NCBI GenBank assembly: GCA_014872805.1 | Contig: WKFN01000012.1 | Location: forward strand, 67,998 to 131,997 | Reading direction: 5' to 3' | Origin: Alteromonadaceae bacterium | GTDB lineage: Bacteria > Pseudomonadota > Gammaproteobacteria > Enterobacterales > Alteromonadaceae | DNA length: 64,000 bases | Part shown: positions 43,553-55,700 of the stretch, piece after piece | Numbering within the stretch: the stretch's first letter is position 1 | Layout: every line of letters begins with the position of its first letter | Made by a program: the position numbers and the translations under genes | The notes under the pieces: generated by a model | Seen by the model: the letters and a program-made list of their open reading frames with translations, nothing else | What the model was told of the DNA's origin: nothing | Databases searched by the model: none

Positions 43553-45829
43553 TTCCTTCTCAACCGTCGCCGCTGCCTTTGGCAACTCTTGTGGCTTGAA
43601 AGTAAACATTAGCTCGTTTTTCTTCAGATCAACCTTAACTGAACCGCCGTTCGCTAAACCACCGAACAGTAACTCATTGGCTAATTCTTTCTTAAGCTTA
43701 TCTTGAATCAAACGTCCCATGGGGCGTGCACCCATGGCTTTGTCATATCCTTCTTCAGCAAGCCATTCTCGAGCTTTACTCGTAACTTCTAGGGACACAC
43801 CTTTGGTATCTAATTGTGCTTGGAGCTCAATTAAGAATTTATCTACTACTTGCAAGATGACATCTTGCGTCAAGTGATTGAACCAAATAATGCCATCTAA
43901 GCGATTGCGAAATTCTGGTGAGAATACCTTGTTGATCTCGCTCAGCGCATCATGTGAGTGGTCTTGTTGCTTAAAGCCAATGGATTTACGTACGGTTGCT
44001 TGTACCCCAGCATTGGTGGTCATGACTAAGACAACATTACGAAAATCCACCTTGCGGCCGTTATTATCGGTTAAGGTGCCGTGATCCATCACTTGCAACA
44101 AGATGTTGTAGATGTCGCTGTGTGCCTTCTCAATTTCATCAAGAAGCACTACAGAATATGGGTTTTTGATCACAGCATCCGTTAACAAACCACCTTGGTC
44201 AAAACCAACATAACCGGGAGGTGCACCAATCAAGCGTGATACCGCATGACGCTCCATGTACTCAGACATATCGAAGCGCACCAACTCCACGCCCATTATT
44301 TTGGCAAGCTGAGCCGTGACTTCAGTCTTACCCACACCGGTTGGACCAGCAAATAAGAACGAACCAATCGGTTTTGCTTCATTGCCTAACCCCGAGCGAG
44401 ACAAATGAATCGCATCGGTTAACGTAGTAATCGCATCATCTTGGCCAAACACCACCATCTTGAGGTTGCGCTTAAGGTTTTTGAGCACCTCCATATCCGA
44501 TGCGGAAACGGATTTTTCAGGGATCCGAGCGATTTTGGCAATGATTTTTTCAATTTCTAAATCAGTAATCTCAGAAGGACGTTTGTCATCCGGCATTAAG
44601 CGCAAACTAGCCCCGGCTTCGTCCATTACGTCAATAGCTTTGTCTGGCAAGTGTCTGTCATTAATATACTTGGCGGATAATTCTGCGGCTGCTTTAAGGG
44701 CTTTTTGTGTGAACTTCACACTATGGTGCTCTTCATAACGCGATTTGAGTCCCATCAATATCTTCGTAGTATCTTCAACGCTTGGTTCAACGACATCAAT
44801 TTTCTGGAAACGTCTGGCCAGTGCTCGGTCTTTTTCAAAGATACTTTGATATTCTTGATAAGTAGTCGACCCAACGCAGCGCAGCTCGCCACTGGAAAGT
44901 TTAGGCTTGAGTAGGTTCGATGCGTCCATCACCCCACCTGAGGCGGCTCCAGCACCGATAATGGTATGGATCTCATCAATAAATAAAATAGCATTTTTAT
45001 CCTCTGTTAGCTCTTTTAAAATGCCTTTGAGGCGTTTTTCAAAGTCTCCGCGATATTTGGTACCGGCTAACAGCCCCCCTAAATCAAGAGAATAAACAGT
45101 CGCCGCTTGCATCACTTCAGGCACATCCTCATTAACGATACGGTACGCTAGCCCTTCAGCAATCGCCGTTTTACCGACTCCGGCCTCGCCAACAAGCAAT
45201 GGATTATTTTTGCGTCGACGGCACAATATCTGAATGGTGCGCTCAACTTCATGATCGCGACCAATTAAAGGGTCAATCTTGCCTTCTCTTGCGGTTGAGT
45301 TCAGGTTTGTCGTGTACTTCGACAGCATCGAAGAATCTTCATCGTCCTCAACAGCCTCTGTTTGTGGCTCATTGATGGATGGCTCTTCATCTTTCTTGGT
45401 TACACCGTGGGAAATAAAATTGACCACATCCAATCGCGTGACGTCTGATTTCTTTAATATGTAAACAGCTTGAGATTCTTGTTCGCTAAAAATGGCAACC
45501 AATACATTAGCACCGGTCACTTCTCCTTTACCTGAGGATTGCACATGGAACACTGCGCGTTGCAATACGCGTTGAAAGCCTAATGTCGGCTGAGTTTCAC
45601 GCTCATTCTCGGCATCATCTAACATCAGAGGCGTGGTGTCTTTGACAAAATCAGTCAGTTCTTGTTTGATGGTATCCAAATCAGCACCACAGGCTTTCAA
45701 AGCCTCTAATGCTGCTGGATTATCCAACAACGCTAACAACAAGTGTTCAACCGTCATAAACTCGTGGCGATGTTGACGCGCGAAGATAAATGCCTCGTTG
45801 AGCGTTTGTTCCAAATCTTTGTTTAACAT
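43550..45829 (-). CDS. clpA: ATP-dependent Clp protease ATP-binding subunit ClpA
   Basis: Two AAA+ modules (GEAGVGKT / ILFIDEIH; GPTGVGKT / [11 protein letters not shown]) and an N-domain. The clpS-clpA order is conserved. Confidence 0.97.
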   Translation of the reverse strand: MLNKDLEQTLNEAFIFARQHRHEFMTVEHLLLALLDNPAALEALKACGADLDTIKQELTDFVKDTTPLMLDDAENERETQPTLGFQRVLQRAVFHVQSSGKGEVTGANVLVAIFSEQESQAVYILKKSDVTRLDVVNFISHGVTKKDEEPSINEPQTEAVEDDEDSSMLSKYTTNLNSTAREGKIDPLIGRDHEVERTIQILCRRRKNNPLLVGEAGVGKTAIAEGLAYRIVNEDVPEVMQAATVYSLDLGGLLAGTKYRGDFEKRLKGILKELTEDKNAILFIDEIHTIIGAGAASGGVMDASNLLKPKLSSGELRCVGSTTYQEYQSIFEKDRALARRFQKIDVVEPSVEDTTKILMGLKSRYEEHHSVKFTQKALKAAAELSAKYINDRHLPDKAIDVMDEAGASLRLMPDDKRPSEITDLEIEKIIAKIARIPEKSVSASDMEVLKNLKRNLKMVVFGQDDAITTLTDAIHLSRSGLGNEAKPIGSFLFAGPTGVGKTEVTAQLAKIMGVELVRFDMSEYMERHAVSRLIGAPPGYVGFDQGGLLTDAVIKNPYSVVLLDEIEKAHSDIYNILLQVMDHGTLTDNNGRKVDFRNVVLVMTTNAGVQATVRKSIGFKQQDHSHDALSEINKVFSPEFRNRLDGIIWFNHLTQDVILQVVDKFLIELQAQLDTKGVSLEVTSKAREWLAEEGYDKAMGARPMGRLIQDKLKKELANELLFGGLANGGSVKVDLKKNELMFTFKPQELPKAAATVEKE

Positions 45830-45863
45830 ATAAAATGCTACCTCTTTTGCTGACGCAATATGA

Positions 45864-46184
45864 TTATGCGCGTTCCATTGAACACATCAGTGGATGCTGA
45901 TGCTTACGTGCATATTCGTTAACTTGCATGACTTTGGTCTCTGCAATCTCCGCAGTAAAAACCCCACATACGGCTTTACCGCGATAATGTACTGTGAGCA
46001 TGATTTGATTAGCTTGTTCTGTGTTCATTCGAAAAAATTTGACCAAAACGCTAACTACAAAGTCCATCGGCGTGTAATCGTCATTATTTAAAATGACTTT
46101 GTACATCGGCGGCGGTTGGGTCTTCTGACGCTCGTCTTCGAGCAGTTTTTCGCCGTCTAAGATGGTCGTATTATCTTTACTCAT
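45864..46184 (-). CDS. clpS: ClpA adaptor / N-degron recognin ClpS
   Basis: 106 aa with [19 protein letters not shown] and the [21 protein letters not shown] core. Confidence 0.95.
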   Translation of the reverse strand: MSKDNTTILDGEKLLEDERQKTQPPPMYKVILNNDDYTPMDFVVSVLVKFFRMNTEQANQIMLTVHYRGKAVCGVFTAEIAETKVMQVNEYARKHQHPLMCSMERA

Positions 46185-46429
46185 ACCTTTAATATAATAC
46201 CTATCGACAGTTTTTCATCTATTAATGAGAAAATAATTTTTTATTGGTTCATAAACTTGACATAACGCAAGTCAACTGACTACTTTTAAGGTAGGTTTTG
46301 CGGAATTTTACTGGCTTTGCAGACGTTTTCGCTCAACCTTGGCACTATCCTATATCATATTCAGTCGTTTTTATAGTCATAGTGGAGGCATTCAATCACA
46401 TCGAAGAAAAGGCATAGAGGAACAGGGGT

Positions 46430-46648
46430 ATGGCGCTTGGCAAAGTAAAGTGGTTCAACAACGCTAAAGGTTTCGGCTTCATCGTCCCCGAAGACGGTGG
46501 TGAAGATATATTTGCTCATTATTCAACAATAAAGATGGATGGATACCGTTCTTTAAAGGCAGGACAGGAAATCACTTTTGATGTCGCACAAGGGCCGAAA
46601 GGCTTGCATGCAGAAAACATTGCCTTAAATCAGGATTCTGAACGATAG
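46430..46648 (+). CDS. cspD: Cold-shock-domain protein CspD
   Basis: GxVKWFNNAKGFGFI...GGEDIFAHYSTIxMDGYRxLKAGQ matches E. coli CspD rather than CspA. It is divergent from clpS as in E. coli. Confidence 0.92.
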   Translation: MALGKVKWFNNAKGFGFIVPEDGGEDIFAHYSTIKMDGYRSLKAGQEITFDVAQGPKGLHAENIALNQDSER

Positions 46649-46673
46649 AAACTTGGTTGGAGTCGAGCAAAAA

Positions 46674-46698
46674 AGCAGGCAAATGTCTGCTTTTTTTA
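46674..46698 (+). terminator. Rho-independent terminator after cspD
   Basis: AGCAGGC (46674-46680), loop AAAT, GTCTGCT (46685-46691) with one G-U pair, then a T7 run. Confidence 0.8.
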
Positions 46699-46790
46699 TG
46701 CTTCGAACAATATTTGTGAAGTGCATGGCACATATTCTACAAATCGGTACAATAGGACTTGTTTCATTCGATAACAAGCTTATCTAAAGT

Positions 46791-47324
46791 ATGATTGTGT
46801 TGTTTAACAAACCCTTTGATGTGCTGTGCCAATTTTCGCCTCAGCCTGGCAAGCGCACATTAAAAGATTTTATTGATGTACCCAATGTCTACGCTGCTGG
46901 TCGACTTGATCGCGACAGTGAGGGATTGTTGGTACTCACCGATGATGGTGCATTGCAACATCGCATTACCCACCCTAAAAAGAAAATGAGCAAAGAATAT
47001 TGGGTTCAAGTAGAAGGTGAGATTGGCTCTCAAGCAATCGAACAACTATCGTCGGGCGTTCAATTAAAAGATGGTCTCACACTGCCAGCAAATGTCAGCG
47101 CAATGGCTGCTCCAAATGTCTGGGAACGACACCCGCCAATTAGAGAGCGCAAATCCATCCCAACGTCATGGATAAAAATCGTCTTAAAAGAAGGACGTAA
47201 TCGCCAAGTCCGGCGGATGACGGCTGCAGTGGGCCATCCTACATTACGTTTGATTCGCTACCGTATTGGCAGCTGGACAATTGATACAGTTGAACACGGT
47301 CAATATCAAATATTCGATAATTAA
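46791..47324 (+). CDS. rluE: 23S rRNA pseudouridine2457 synthase RluE
   Basis: Catalytic [15 protein letters not shown] and the C-terminal [13 protein letters not shown]...[24 protein letters not shown], as in E. coli RluE. Confidence 0.9.
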   Translation: MIVLFNKPFDVLCQFSPQPGKRTLKDFIDVPNVYAAGRLDRDSEGLLVLTDDGALQHRITHPKKKMSKEYWVQVEGEIGSQAIEQLSSGVQLKDGLTLPANVSAMAAPNVWERHPPIRERKSIPTSWIKIVLKEGRNRQVRRMTAAVGHPTLRLIRYRIGSWTIDTVEHGQYQIFDN

Positions 47325-47326
47325 GC

Positions 47327-47368
47327 CGGTGATTCACTGACAAAAAAATGCTAAACTATCACCGTTTT
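47327..47368 (+). terminator. Weak candidate terminator after rluE
   Basis: CGGTGAT (47327-47333) pairs with ATCACCG (47358-47364) but with a 24-nt loop, followed by TTTT. Confidence 0.3.
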
Positions 47369-47397
47369 AAACGACCATAGTAATTACGTTAACTGAC

Positions 47398-48525
47398 ATG
47401 CAGAACACTTCTCAAAACGAAGCACTACCATCCACTGAAAACACCAAAGTCATCGTCGGCATGTCAGGCGGTGTCGACTCCTCAGTGTCTGCATTTTTGC
47501 TCAAAGAGGCCGGTTATCAGGTCGAAGGCGTCTTTATGAAAAACTGGGAAGAAGATGACAACGACGAGTACTGTGCCGCAGCTGAAGATTTAGCCGATGC
47601 TCAAGCGGTTGCTGATAAATTAGGCATCGAGCTGCACACGATTAATTTTGCTGCCGAATATTGGGACAATGTATTTGAGTATTTTTTAAGAGAATACAAA
47701 GCGGGTCGCACCCCAAACCCCGATATCATGTGCAACAAAGAAATTAAGTTCAAAGCCTTTTTGGAATTCGCCGCTGAAGATTTAGGCGCGGATTACATCG
47801 CCACAGGTCATTATGTGCAACGTCGCGACATCGACGGCAATACTCAAATGATCAGAGGGTTAGATCAAAACAAAGACCAAAGTTATTTTTTGTATACCTT
47901 GAGTCATGAGCACGTCCGTAAAACCCTATTTCCAATCGGGCATTTAGAAAAACCAGAAGTGCGACGCATCGCAGAAGCACAAGGGCTGGTGACACATGAC
48001 AAAAAAGACTCAACCGGGATCTGGTTTATCGGTGAACGCAAATTCAAAGATTTTTTAGCACAATATCTGCCTGCCCAACCAGGGCCTATTGTGACAGCAG
48101 AAGGTGAGTCCATCGGTGAACATCAAGGGTTGATGTATCACACTTTAGGTCAGCGCAAAGGATTACTCATTGGCGGCACCAAAGAACACGGCGATGAGCC
48201 TTGGTATGTGGTGGACAAAGACGTGCCCAACAATACGCTCATCGTGGGTCAAGGTGCAAATCATCCGCGCTTATTCTCCAAAGGTCTCATTGCGAACCAA
48301 TTGCATTGGGTAGATCGTAATGCCTTAACCGAACCAACGCGCATGACCGTCAAAACACGATATCGCCAACACGACATCAATTGTGTGGTTGAACCAACTG
48401 ATAAAGATTGCGTAAACGTCATCTTTGATGAGCCACAAAAAGCCGTGACACCGGGACAATCCGCTGTATTTTACCAAGGCGACGTGTGCTTAGGAGGTGG
48501 TATCATCGAGAGTTATATACGTTAA
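47398..48525 (+). CDS. mnmA: tRNA-specific 2-thiouridylase MnmA (with Trp at the Cys199-equivalent position)
   Basis: PP-loop GMSGGVDSS and the Cys102-equivalent [13 protein letters not shown]; otherwise colinear with E. coli MnmA. Codon 48022-48024 is TGG inside [15 protein letters not shown]. Confidence 0.95.
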   Translation: MQNTSQNEALPSTENTKVIVGMSGGVDSSVSAFLLKEAGYQVEGVFMKNWEEDDNDEYCAAAEDLADAQAVADKLGIELHTINFAAEYWDNVFEYFLREYKAGRTPNPDIMCNKEIKFKAFLEFAAEDLGADYIATGHYVQRRDIDGNTQMIRGLDQNKDQSYFLYTLSHEHVRKTLFPIGHLEKPEVRRIAEAQGLVTHDKKDSTGIWFIGERKFKDFLAQYLPAQPGPIVTAEGESIGEHQGLMYHTLGQRKGLLIGGTKEHGDEPWYVVDKDVPNNTLIVGQGANHPRLFSKGLIANQLHWVDRNALTEPTRMTVKTRYRQHDINCVVEPTDKDCVNVIFDEPQKAVTPGQSAVFYQGDVCLGGGIIESYIR

Positions 48526-49148
48526 TGAGTGAAGCAATAGAAGCCACCCTCGCCCTTGCCGGAGTATGCCAAGCTGCTACCTTGGTGCAAGCCGTTGCCC
48601 GCAAAGGTCAATGTGATGATACGGCGTTTCAAGCCAGCATCTCAAGTATTTGTGTTACTGAACCAGAACATCCACAACAAGTATACGGCCAATTATCAAA
48701 CTTAAAAATTGGCTACACCACACTAGTACATCAGCTCAACACGCGAGGTGCACAGAAAGACGCAGAACTCACTCGCTACATTGCCAGCTTATTGGGTTTT
48801 GAGCGCAAACTTGCCAAAAATCCTCAAGCAATGTCTGAACTGGGACAGCGTATTGGTAACGTCCAACGACAATTAGCCCATGTAGAGTTCGAGCATCACC
48901 AAATTTTATCCAGTTTAGCCAGTGCCTATGTGGACATTGTCAGTCCACTAGCACCACGTATTCAAGTCGCAGGGAACCCTGCGCACCTCGGACAAGCTTC
49001 AAATCAGGCAAAAGTTCGAGCATTGTTACTTGCAGGGGTTCGCTCTGCTGTATTGTGGCGCCAAATGGGAGGCCAGCGCCGCCAAATTTTATTGAATCGT
49101 AAACGCATCTTGCGCGGAGCCCAAGCTGCCTTACAGCAAATGAGTTAG
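48525..49148 (+). CDS. hflD: High-frequency-of-lysogenization protein HflD
   Basis: 207 aa from the Met at 48525 (TAATG overlap with the mnmA stop). LALAGVCQAAxLVQ N-terminus and the conserved mnmA-hflD-purB order. Confidence 0.85.
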   Translation: MSEAIEATLALAGVCQAATLVQAVARKGQCDDTAFQASISSICVTEPEHPQQVYGQLSNLKIGYTTLVHQLNTRGAQKDAELTRYIASLLGFERKLAKNPQAMSELGQRIGNVQRQLAHVEFEHHQILSSLASAYVDIVSPLAPRIQVAGNPAHLGQASNQAKVRALLLAGVRSAVLWRQMGGQRRQILLNRKRILRGAQAALQQMS

Positions 49149-49155
49149 ACGTTAG

Positions 49156-50541
<1,386 letters not shown>

Positions 50542-50552
50542 AACCTTGTCAT

Positions 50553-50582
50553 GATGCCTCTTTATCTTGTTAAAGGGGCATC
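50553..50582 (+). promoter_or_regulatory. 11-bp hairpin sequestering the SD of the stand-alone cyclase gene
   Basis: GATGCCTCTTT (50553-50563), loop ATCTTGTT, AAAGGGGCATC (50572-50582), with one G-U pair. The SD AAGGGG lies in the 3' arm, and the ATG is at 50585. Confidence 0.55.
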
Positions 50583-50584
50583 TT

Positions 50585-51169
50585 ATGCACACCCTACCAT
50601 TTATACCCGCAAATACCAAGCCGCTGCATCAGTCACTGGATGACTGTGTGGTACTATTCTTTGACATGGCAAACTTTGTCGAACTGACAAAAGACTTTCG
50701 TGATAAAGACGTGGTTTTTGCCATGCACAACTGTTTTTCAGCATTTGAACCAGTCATTGAATCCGCCATGGGCAAAATAATCAAAACCAATGCCGATCAA
50801 TGTTTAGTCCTATTTATCCACCCTGACAAAGACGACATTTGGCCATGTATTAGTGAGTTATTTCGGCAGTTTTACAGTATTTGTCACTATTATGGGATTG
50901 AAGGCCAGTTGCGCTGTGGCGCACACCGCGGCTCACTCGTGGCAGGATATATAGGTTCGAATAGACGTTACTTTGATATTTGGGGAAAAACGGTTAACAT
51001 GGCATCTCGTTTAGAACGCCACGCAAAACTCGATAGTATCAGTATGAGCGAGACTTTTTTCTTTGAATTCTGCCCACATCAAACACTAACATTGAGCGCA
51101 CAGCATTTAAAAAGTTATGGACAATTGAGAACCGCACAATATGACTTCGCACACTTACGATATCATTGA
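50585..51169 (+). CDS. Stand-alone class III nucleotidyl cyclase (cyclase homology domain only, 194 aa)
   Basis: VVLFFDMANF (metal Asp 1), IIKTNAD (specificity Lys + metal Asp 2), RCGAHRGSLVAGYIG and YFDIWGKTVNMASRLE (specificity Asp + catalytic Asn/Arg). The ATG at 50585 has AAGGGG 6 nt upstream. The last 29 nt overlap roxA. Confidence 0.8.
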   Translation: MHTLPFIPANTKPLHQSLDDCVVLFFDMANFVELTKDFRDKDVVFAMHNCFSAFEPVIESAMGKIIKTNADQCLVLFIHPDKDDIWPCISELFRQFYSICHYYGIEGQLRCGAHRGSLVAGYIGSNRRYFDIWGKTVNMASRLERHAKLDSISMSETFFFEFCPHQTLTLSAQHLKSYGQLRTAQYDFAHLRYH

Positions 51170-52304
51170 TTTTGATCCAGAAGTTTTTGTTCAGCAATAC
51201 TGGCAAAAGAAACCTTGTATTATCCGCAAGTTATTTCCTAATTTTCAGGATCCAGTGGATGCTAATACTTTGGCAGGACTTGCGCTTGAAGAGGATATTG
51301 ATGCTCGCATAGTCAGTTTTACAGACGAGCAATGGGACGTTCATCAAGGTCCTTTTACAGCTGATGACATAAATGAAAACTGTGTGGGTGGCTGGACCTT
51401 AATGGTACAAGGTGTCGACAATTATTTACCACAAACCAAAGCCTTAACGGAAAAGTTTGCGTTCATTCCTCACTGGCGCTTTGATGATTTGTTAGTCACT
51501 TACAGTGTGGCGGGTGGCGGTGTTGGTGCACATTATGACGAATACGATGTGTTTATTGTGCAAGGTATGGGGCAACGACGCTGGCAGGTTGGACACAAAC
51601 TCAGTAGCAGTTCTGAAAAGCTATACCCTCATGCGCAATTGCAACAAGTCAAACCCTTTCAGCCTATTATTGATATTGTGATGCTACCCGGTGATGTTCT
51701 CTACATACCGCCATTTTATCCGCATCAAGGTAAGTCCATCACTGAATGTTTCAATTACTCTGTTGGCTTTAGGGCTCCAAATCAAAGTGAATTATTGCAG
51801 GGCTTAGCAGATGGCATCTTGGATAACGACTTATTAACCAAACGCTTTAGCGACCCTAATCGTGTGATCACTCATAAACGTTCTGCGGTGAATGGGCATG
51901 ATATTTTTGTTTTAAAGCAATTATTGCATCAGTTTATTGATCTAGATGAAACCGATTATTTGCTGACAGAGATGTTATCCAAAATCTATCATCCAATCCA
52001 CGATGAATATGCTCTTGAGTCACCATACAGCTCAGCTGAAATATTGCGAATGATTAATACAAGTATAACCATAGCACCAAATCTTGGGATCCGACCACTC
52101 TATCCTGAGCATCAAACTAATGAGTATTTTGTGTTCTTTATCAATGGTCGTCGCTATGAGGCCGATGCCTTGGATAGGCCGTTTTTTGAAAGCTTACTCA
52201 ACGAAACAAAAATGAAGGTAACCCCCAGTGACCACCTTCAATTCAGTAGTGTCAATATCATCGCAGAACTAGTCAACGAAGGATTTTATGAAATACTCGA
52301 TTAG
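51141..52304 (+). CDS. roxA: Ribosomal protein uL16 arginine hydroxylase (JmjC/cupin-4, YcfD/RoxA)
   Basis: Colinear with E. coli YcfD (WQKxP, GGGVGxHxDxYDVFIxQGxGxRRW, GDxLYIPPxxPHxG, NYSVGFRAPN), including the HxD...H iron triad. Confidence 0.88.
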   Translation: MTSHTYDIIDFDPEVFVQQYWQKKPCIIRKLFPNFQDPVDANTLAGLALEEDIDARIVSFTDEQWDVHQGPFTADDINENCVGGWTLMVQGVDNYLPQTKALTEKFAFIPHWRFDDLLVTYSVAGGGVGAHYDEYDVFIVQGMGQRRWQVGHKLSSSSEKLYPHAQLQQVKPFQPIIDIVMLPGDVLYIPPFYPHQGKSITECFNYSVGFRAPNQSELLQGLADGILDNDLLTKRFSDPNRVITHKRSAVNGHDIFVLKQLLHQFIDLDETDYLLTEMLSKIYHPIHDEYALESPYSSAEILRMINTSITIAPNLGIRPLYPEHQTNEYFVFFINGRRYEADALDRPFFESLLNETKMKVTPSDHLQFSSVNIIAELVNEGFYEILD

Positions 52305-52714
52305 TTTACTTGCCAGAGCTTATCATCCTCGCTCATGTGATATAAGTCATGAGCACGGGTGCCGAGCAACGTGAGGTACTCTTTTTGAGTTTCGTTGATC
52401 TTCTCAGCTTGAGAAAGGTTCTCCACATTTAACTGCCATAACAGCGAAAAATGTTTCAACACGCCTCGAACATCAGGTGACACACTTGCAGGTACAAAAT
52501 CCACTGGCAAGTCACCACTGATGACCCAAAAGTATTTACCATCACGGGTTTTGATTTTCCATACCGCCACCATTGGCGCGAGATAGCGACTATCTTCGAT
52601 AACTACAGATTCGAATAACACACCGTTTTCTGCAAGGTGTTTATTGGCTTTTTGAAATTGTTCACGCACCCATTTGGCTAATTGTTCTTGATCTTGTGGA
52701 ACTGATTCGGCCAT
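52301..52714 (-). CDS. Conserved hypothetical cytoplasmic protein, 137 aa (possibly DUF4826-like; family call not verifiable here)
   Basis: Clean ORF 8 nt downstream of ydiJ on the same strand, with no TM segment or signal peptide. Its stop interdigitates with the roxA stop. Confidence 0.6.
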   Translation of the reverse strand: MAESVPQDQEQLAKWVREQFQKANKHLAENGVLFESVVIEDSRYLAPMVAVWKIKTRDGKYFWVISGDLPVDFVPASVSPDVRGVLKHFSLLWQLNVENLSQAEKINETQKEYLTLLGTRAHDLYHMSEDDKLWQVN

Positions 52715-52722
52715 GTTGGTTC

Positions 52723-55700
52723 CTATTCTAATAGTGAATTGAGTAATATTTGTAGTGGATGTCGCGGCTTGCCATCACTGTATCGAGCTACTTGACTGCG
52801 ACAAGAGTAACCTGTGACCGCTCTCTGCTCGGGAGCAAATCGAGCAATTGCATCACGCCAGCTCAAATCATAGATCCCTTTACTATTGTGCAAATGTACC
52901 ACTTCATGACCATATGTTCCGGCCATACCACAACACCCAACAGACACGATACCAAGCTCTAGCCCCGCATCAGCAAATATCTTCTGCCATTGCTTCTCGC
53001 TAGTTGGCAGAGCTGTTTTCTCAGTACAGTGAGTAAAGAGGGCAAGCTCATGCTCAGACTGAGCTTGGTTTTTGACTATGGCACTTGCTGCATGCTGTAC
53101 TAGCCACTCATGTACAGCCAGTACACTAAACTCTCCACGCTTTGCTCCTAATGTCTTAGTGTACTCATCTCGATAGACCAGCAGTAGTGAAGCATCTACG
53201 CCAACCATTGGGATATTGAGACTTGCGATATCATTTAAAAAGGCCGCTGTGGACTTTGCAGTCGTGGCAAACTCCGCCAAGAACCCTTTGACATGCTGTG
53301 GTTTACCATTAGGGTTAAATGGCAGTAACACTGGGTTAAATCCTAGTTTTTGCGCGAGCAAGACAAAGTCTTCTACAACCTGAGCATCATAAAAGCTCGT
53401 AAAGGGATCTTGCACAATTAATACGGTTTGAGCTTTTTGTACATGTGACAACTGCTGTAAGGCACTCATATCAAATTTTGTAGAAACCCGTTTCTTTAAC
53501 GTTGGTGTAGATAGCAATGGTGCATCCACATAGCCAACACTCTCGCGCAGTGCCCATTGCACCAATCGGGAACGCATCACAGCATTATGTAGTGGAGCGA
53601 TTTTGGCCAACCAAGGTGCCATGCGTTCAATATTAGCCACTAGGTAATCTTTTACTGGGCGTGAATATCTTTGGTAATACAACGCTATGAATTTAGCCCT
53701 AAAATCGGGCACATCCACCCCTACTGGACATTGCGACGAGCACGACTTACAGGCTAAGCATTCATCCATCACTTGCATGACTTCATGAGAAAAATCCCCT
53801 TTGCTTTGCGCTGAATTGGTATTGATTAAACGACTCAGCCATGAAGTAGTTCCTTGAGTCGCATCCAAAGAATTGGTATCAACCCCTTGTTTCTCCAACA
53901 GACGAAGCCACTCGCGGATCATACCCGCTCGCCCTTTGGGTGAATGGCGACGTTCTGCTGTGATCTTAAATGACGGACACATGGGCGATGTTGTGTCGTA
54001 ATTAAAACACAAGCCATTGCCGTTACAGCTCATGGCAGGTTCGTATTCCTCTTTGAGCACCACAGGAATAGTTCGGTCGAATGCACCGCGTTTGGTATCA
54101 CTGACTTTGACTAGCTCAGCATCAGACTTATACGGCGTACAAATCTTGCCAGGGTTCATCTTATTGAGCGGATCAAACACTGCCTTAATCTTACGCAACT
54201 CTGTGTACAGCTCCTCACCAAAAAACTCAGGAGCATACTCACTGCGATAACCTTTACCGTGCTCGCCCCACATCAGGCCACCATACTTAGCAACTAAAGC
54301 AACCACCTGGTCCGATATTTGTTTGAGAAGAACTTCTTGCTGGGGATCATTCATATCCAAAGCTGGACGAACATGTAATACGCCAGCATCCACATGACCG
54401 AACATACCATAATCCAACTTATGCGAATCGAGCAAGTCGCGAAACTCAATGATGAAATCCGCCAAATTTTCAGGTGGTACTGCGGTGTCTTCCGCAAACG
54501 CAATTGGCTTTTTCGCCCCATCGGTTTTGCCTAGCAAACCTACTGCTTTTTTGCGCATAGCATATATTTTTTGGATATCAGCGACATCATAGGTGACTTG
54601 AAAGCCAATCACGCCAGTTTCACCAGATTCAATCTCAGCTTGTAAGCGAGCTTCTAAGGCAGTGATCTTAGTGGTAATTTCGGTTTCATCTTCACTGTTG
54701 TACTCGACCATATTCAGCCCAAGTAACTCGGAGTTTGGCACATCTTGAATCAGATCCGACACCGAATGCCATATAATATCGGCTTTCGCTAGATTAAGTA
54801 CTTTTGAATCCACAGTTTCAACAGATGTAGCTTCAGCTTCGACCATCTTAGGCGCATGACGCAAAGCCGATTCAAATGAGTTGTATTTGATATTGACCAA
54901 AGCTTTGTGCTTGGCAATTGGGGTAATGTTGAGTTTGGCTTCCGCCACAAATGCCAAGGAACCTTCAGACCCAGCAATTAAACGGCTTATGTCAAACTGT
55001 TGTTGTTCAGGAATATACGCATGTTCCAAATCATAGCCTGTTAAGAAACGATTCAAGCGCGGAAATTTTGCTAATATTTGATCTCGCTTAGCGACACATG
55101 AAGTTTGAATTTGCTCGCTGATTTGCGCATAACTGGACTGGGCATGTGCCAAGCAATCATCGATTGAAGTCGGTTTGGTATGCAGAACATCCCCATTGAC
55201 TAACACACTGGTCAGGCCTAGTATGTGATCGGAGGTTTTACCATAAACTAAAGAGCCCTGCCCTGAGGCGTCAGTATTGATCATGCCACCAATGGTTGCG
55301 CGATTAGAAGTCGAAAGATCTGGAGCAAAGAAAAAACCAAATGGCCTCAATGCATCATTTAACGCATCTTTAACGACACCTGATTGGACTCTTACCCACC
55401 GTTCTTCAGCATTGATTTCTAATATCTGATTCATATAACGCGCGGTTTCAACAATGATCCCAGATGTTAATGACTGACCATTCGTGCCAGTACCACCACC
55501 ACGAGCAGAAAACACCACTTCGGGAAAATCATTCGCAACTCTGCCAATAATCGATAAATCATTCACTGATTTGGGATAAACCACAGCCTGTGGTAGTTTC
55601 TGATAGATTGAATTATCCGTCGCCATCGCAAAACGCGAGGAATAGGCCGTTTCAATATCACCAGTAAAATCACTGGCGCGCAACGCATCCAAATAATCTT

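Noticed and set aside
50585-51169. Stand-alone cyclase as a Pycsar/CBASS-type antiphage signalling gene
   Set aside because: No cNMP-binding, TIR, TM-effector or nuclease gene is adjacent, since the neighbours are purB and roxA. The specificity residues look like the purine (Lys/Asp) type rather than pyrimidine-cyclase variants. There is also no mobile-element context.
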